Origin: Antedon mediterranea
Taxonomy: Eukaryota; Animalia; Echinodermata
Assembly (NCBI RefSeq): GCF_964355755.1
Contig: NW_027306097.1
Location: 16,001-80,000, forward strand
Direction: 5' to 3'
DNA length: 64,000 nt
Made by a program: the position numbers and the translations under genes. How positions within the stretch are numbered: the stretch's first letter is position 1; the number at the start of each line of letters is the position of its first letter. The notes beneath the pieces were generated by a model. It saw nothing but the letters and a program-made list of their open reading frames with translations. It searched no databases and had not been told where the DNA came from. This document shows, in pieces, positions 61,201 to 64,000 of this stretch.

Positions 61201-64000
61201 CAAAATGTTCTAAAACGTCTCCAAATGCGATTTGAAGCTATTCTAAGCACTTTGGTGTTTTGTGTGAAAAAGTTTTGTCTAAATGCTCAAAATGGTCTAA
61301 AACGTTTTTAAATACGATATTAAGCTATTTTTTGCTCTTTGATGTTTTTGTGTGAAAAGTGTTATCGAAATGCTCAAAATGGTCTAAAATGGTTTATAAT
61401 GTGATTTTAAGCACTTTGATGTTTTTGTGTAATCAAGTTTCATCGAAATCACAAAATGGTCTAAAACGTCTCCAAATGCGATTTGAAGCTATTCTAAGCA
61501 CTTTGGTGTTTTGTGTGAAAAAGTTTTGTCGAAATGCTCAAAATGGTCTAAAACATTTATAAATACGATATTAAGTTATTTTGTGCTCTTTGATGTTTTT
61601 GTGTGAAAATTGTTATCGAAATGCTCAAAATGGTCTAAAACGGTTTATAATGTGATTCTAAGCACATTAGTGTTTTTATGTTAACAATCTTTTTCGAAAA
61701 TCACAAAATGGTCTAAAACGTTTCCAAATGCGATTTGAAGCTATTCTAAGCACTTTCGTGTTTTTATGTTAACAAGTTTTTTCAAAAATCACAAAATGGT
61801 CTAAAACGTCTCCAAATGTGATTTGAAGCTATTCTAAGCACTTTCGTGTTTTTATGTTAACAAGTTTTTTCAAAAATCACAAAATGGTCTAAAACATCTT
61901 CAAATGTGATTTGAAGCTATTCTAAGCACTTTGGTGTTTTTATGTTAACAAGTTTTTTCAAAAATCACAAAATGGTCTAAAACGTCTCCAAATGCGATTT
62001 GAAGCTATTCTAAGCACTTTGGTGTTTTGTGTGAAAAAGTTTTATCCAAATGCTCAAAATGGTCTAAAACATTTTTAAATACGATATTAAGCTATTTTGT
62101 GCTCTTTGATGTTTTTGTGTGAAAATTGTTATCGAAATGCTCAAAATGGTCTAAAACGGTTTATAATGTGATTCTAAGCACTTTCGTGTTTTTATGTTAA
62201 CAAGTTTTTTCGAAAATCACAAAATGGTCTAAAACGTTTCCAAATGCGATTTGAAGCTATTCTAAGCACTTTCGTGTTTTTATGTTAACAAGTTTTTTCG
62301 AAAATCACAAAATGGTCTAAAACGTCTCCAAATGTGATTTGAAGCTATTCTAAGCACTTTGGTGTTTTTATGTTAACAAGTTTTTTCAAAAATCACAAAA
62401 TGGTCTAAAACGTCTCCAAATGCGATTTGAAGCTATTCTAAGCACTTTGGTGTTTTGTGTGAAAAAGTTTTGTCTAAATGCTCAAAATGGTCTAAAACGT
62501 TTTTAAATACGATATTAAGCTATTTTGTGCTCTTTGATGTTTTTGTGTGAAAAGTGTTATCGAAATGCTCAAAATGGTCTAAAACGGTTTATAATGTGAT
62601 TTTAAGCACTTTGATGTTTTTGTGTAATCAAGTTTCATCGAAATGCACAAATTGGTCTAAAACGTCTCCAAATGCGATTTGAAGCTATTCTAAGCACTTT
62701 GGTGTTTTGTGTGAAAAAGTTTTGTCGAAATGCTCAAAATGGTCTAAAACGTTTTTAAATACGATATTAAGCTATTTTGTGCTCTTTGATGTTTTTGTGT
62801 GAAAAGTGTTATCGAAATGTTCAAAATGGTCTAAAACGGTTTATAATGTGATTTTAAGCACTTTGATGTTTTTGTGTAACCAAGTTTTTTCGAAAATCTC
62901 AAAATGGTCTAAAACGTCTCCAAATACGATTTGAAGCTATTCTAAGCACTTTGGTGTTTTTATGTTAACAAGTTTTTTCGAAAATCACAAAATGGTCTAA
63001 AACGTCTCCAAATGCGATTTGAAGCTATTCTAAGCACTTTGGTGTTTTTATGTTAACAAGTTTTTTCAAAATCACAAAATGGTCTAAAACGTCTCCAAAT
63101 GCGATTTGAAGCTATTCTAAACCCTTTGGTGTTTTTATGTTGATAAGTTTTTTCGAAAATCACAAATTGGTCTAAAACGTCTCCAAATGCGATTTGAAGC
63201 TATTCTAAACACTTTGGTGTTTTTATGTTAACAATTTTTTTCGAAAATCACAAAATGGTCTAAAACGTTTTCAAATGCGATTTAAAGCTATTCTAAGCAC
63301 TTTCGTGTTTTTATGTTAACAAGTTTTTTCGAAAATCACAAAATGGTCTAAAACGTTTCCAAATGCGATTTGAAGCTATTCTAAGCACTTTCGTGTTTTT
63401 ATGTTAACAAGTTTTTTCGAAAATCACAAAATGGTCTAAAACGTCTCCAAATGTGATTTGAAGCTATTCTAAGCACTTTGGTGTTTTTATGTTAACAAGT
63501 TTTTTCAAAAATCACAAAATGGTCTAAAACGTCTCCAAATGCGATTTGAAGCTATTCTAAGCACTTTGGTGTTTTGTGTGAAACAGATTTATCTAAATGC
63601 TCAAAATGGTCTAAAACATTTTTAAATACGATATTAAGCTATTTTGTGCTCTTTGATGTTTTTGTGTGAAAATTGTTATCGAAATGCTCAAAATGGTCTA
63701 AAACGGTTTATAATGTGATTCTAAGCACTTTGGTGTTTTTATGTTAACAATTTTTTTCGAAAATCACAAAATGGTCTAAAACGTTTCCAAATGCGATTTG
63801 AAGCTATTCTAAGCACTTTCGTGTTTTTATGTTAACAAGTTTTTTCGAAAATCACAAAATGGTCTAAAACGTCTCCAAATGTGATTTGAAGCTATTCTAA
63901 GCACTTTGGTCTTTTTATGTTAAAAAGTTTTTTCGAAAATCACAAAATGGTCTAAAACGTCTCCAAATGCGATTTGAAGCTATTCTAAGCCCTTTGGTAT

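Larger units (their letters stand above)
1..64000. repeat. Tandem satellite DNA array of related 78-88 bp monomers, single orientation, running off both window edges
   Basis: The anchor aaaatGGTCTAAAAC recurs throughout, e.g. GGTCT at 154, 241, 328, 406, 494, 582 (spacings 87, 87, 78, 88, 88). I saw no unique sequence anywhere. Confidence 0.99.

Noticed and set aside
61359-61562. 67-aa plus-strand ORF
   Set aside because: A translation of C-D-B monomers extended by a 1-bp deletion, with no coding hallmarks.
1-64000. CRISPR-like array (conserved anchor plus variable segments)
   Set aside because: The segments between anchors are homologous to each other and reused hundreds of times rather than being unique spacers. 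There is no leader and no cas gene.
1-64000. Transposon insertion, strand inversion, or tRNA/5S rRNA-derived unit
   Set aside because: I saw no non-satellite sequence, terminal repeats or reverse-complement anchor (GTTTTAGACC) by eye. The monomer shows no cloverleaf or recognisable Pol III A/B boxes.

Overview
The whole 64 kb window is one uninterrupted, head-to-tail, AT-rich satellite DNA array (commonest monomer 28/88 = 32% GC). It looks like eukaryotic centromeric or pericentromeric heterochromatin, but I do not recognise the family or the organism. Every monomer starts at a conserved AAAAT|GGTCTAAAAC anchor. There are four main types: A (88 bp), B (87 bp), C (87 bp) and D (78 bp). B-C-D forms a 252-bp trimer interspersed with runs of A. 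I found no credible gene, RNA gene, transposon, CRISPR array or inversion, and the four short ORFs are by-products of the repeat. The interest lies in the internal architecture: a near-strict monomer order, the same 10-bp microhomology deletion on three backgrounds, a 38-bp truncated monomer in 15 copies, nested duplications with periods of 749, 1549, 1980, 2269/2621, 3163 and 5470 bp, dispersed copies up to 20.6 kb apart, and CpG-deamination variants. I found no evidence for a new protein- or RNA-coding system. All counts and breakpoints were read by eye and are approximate.
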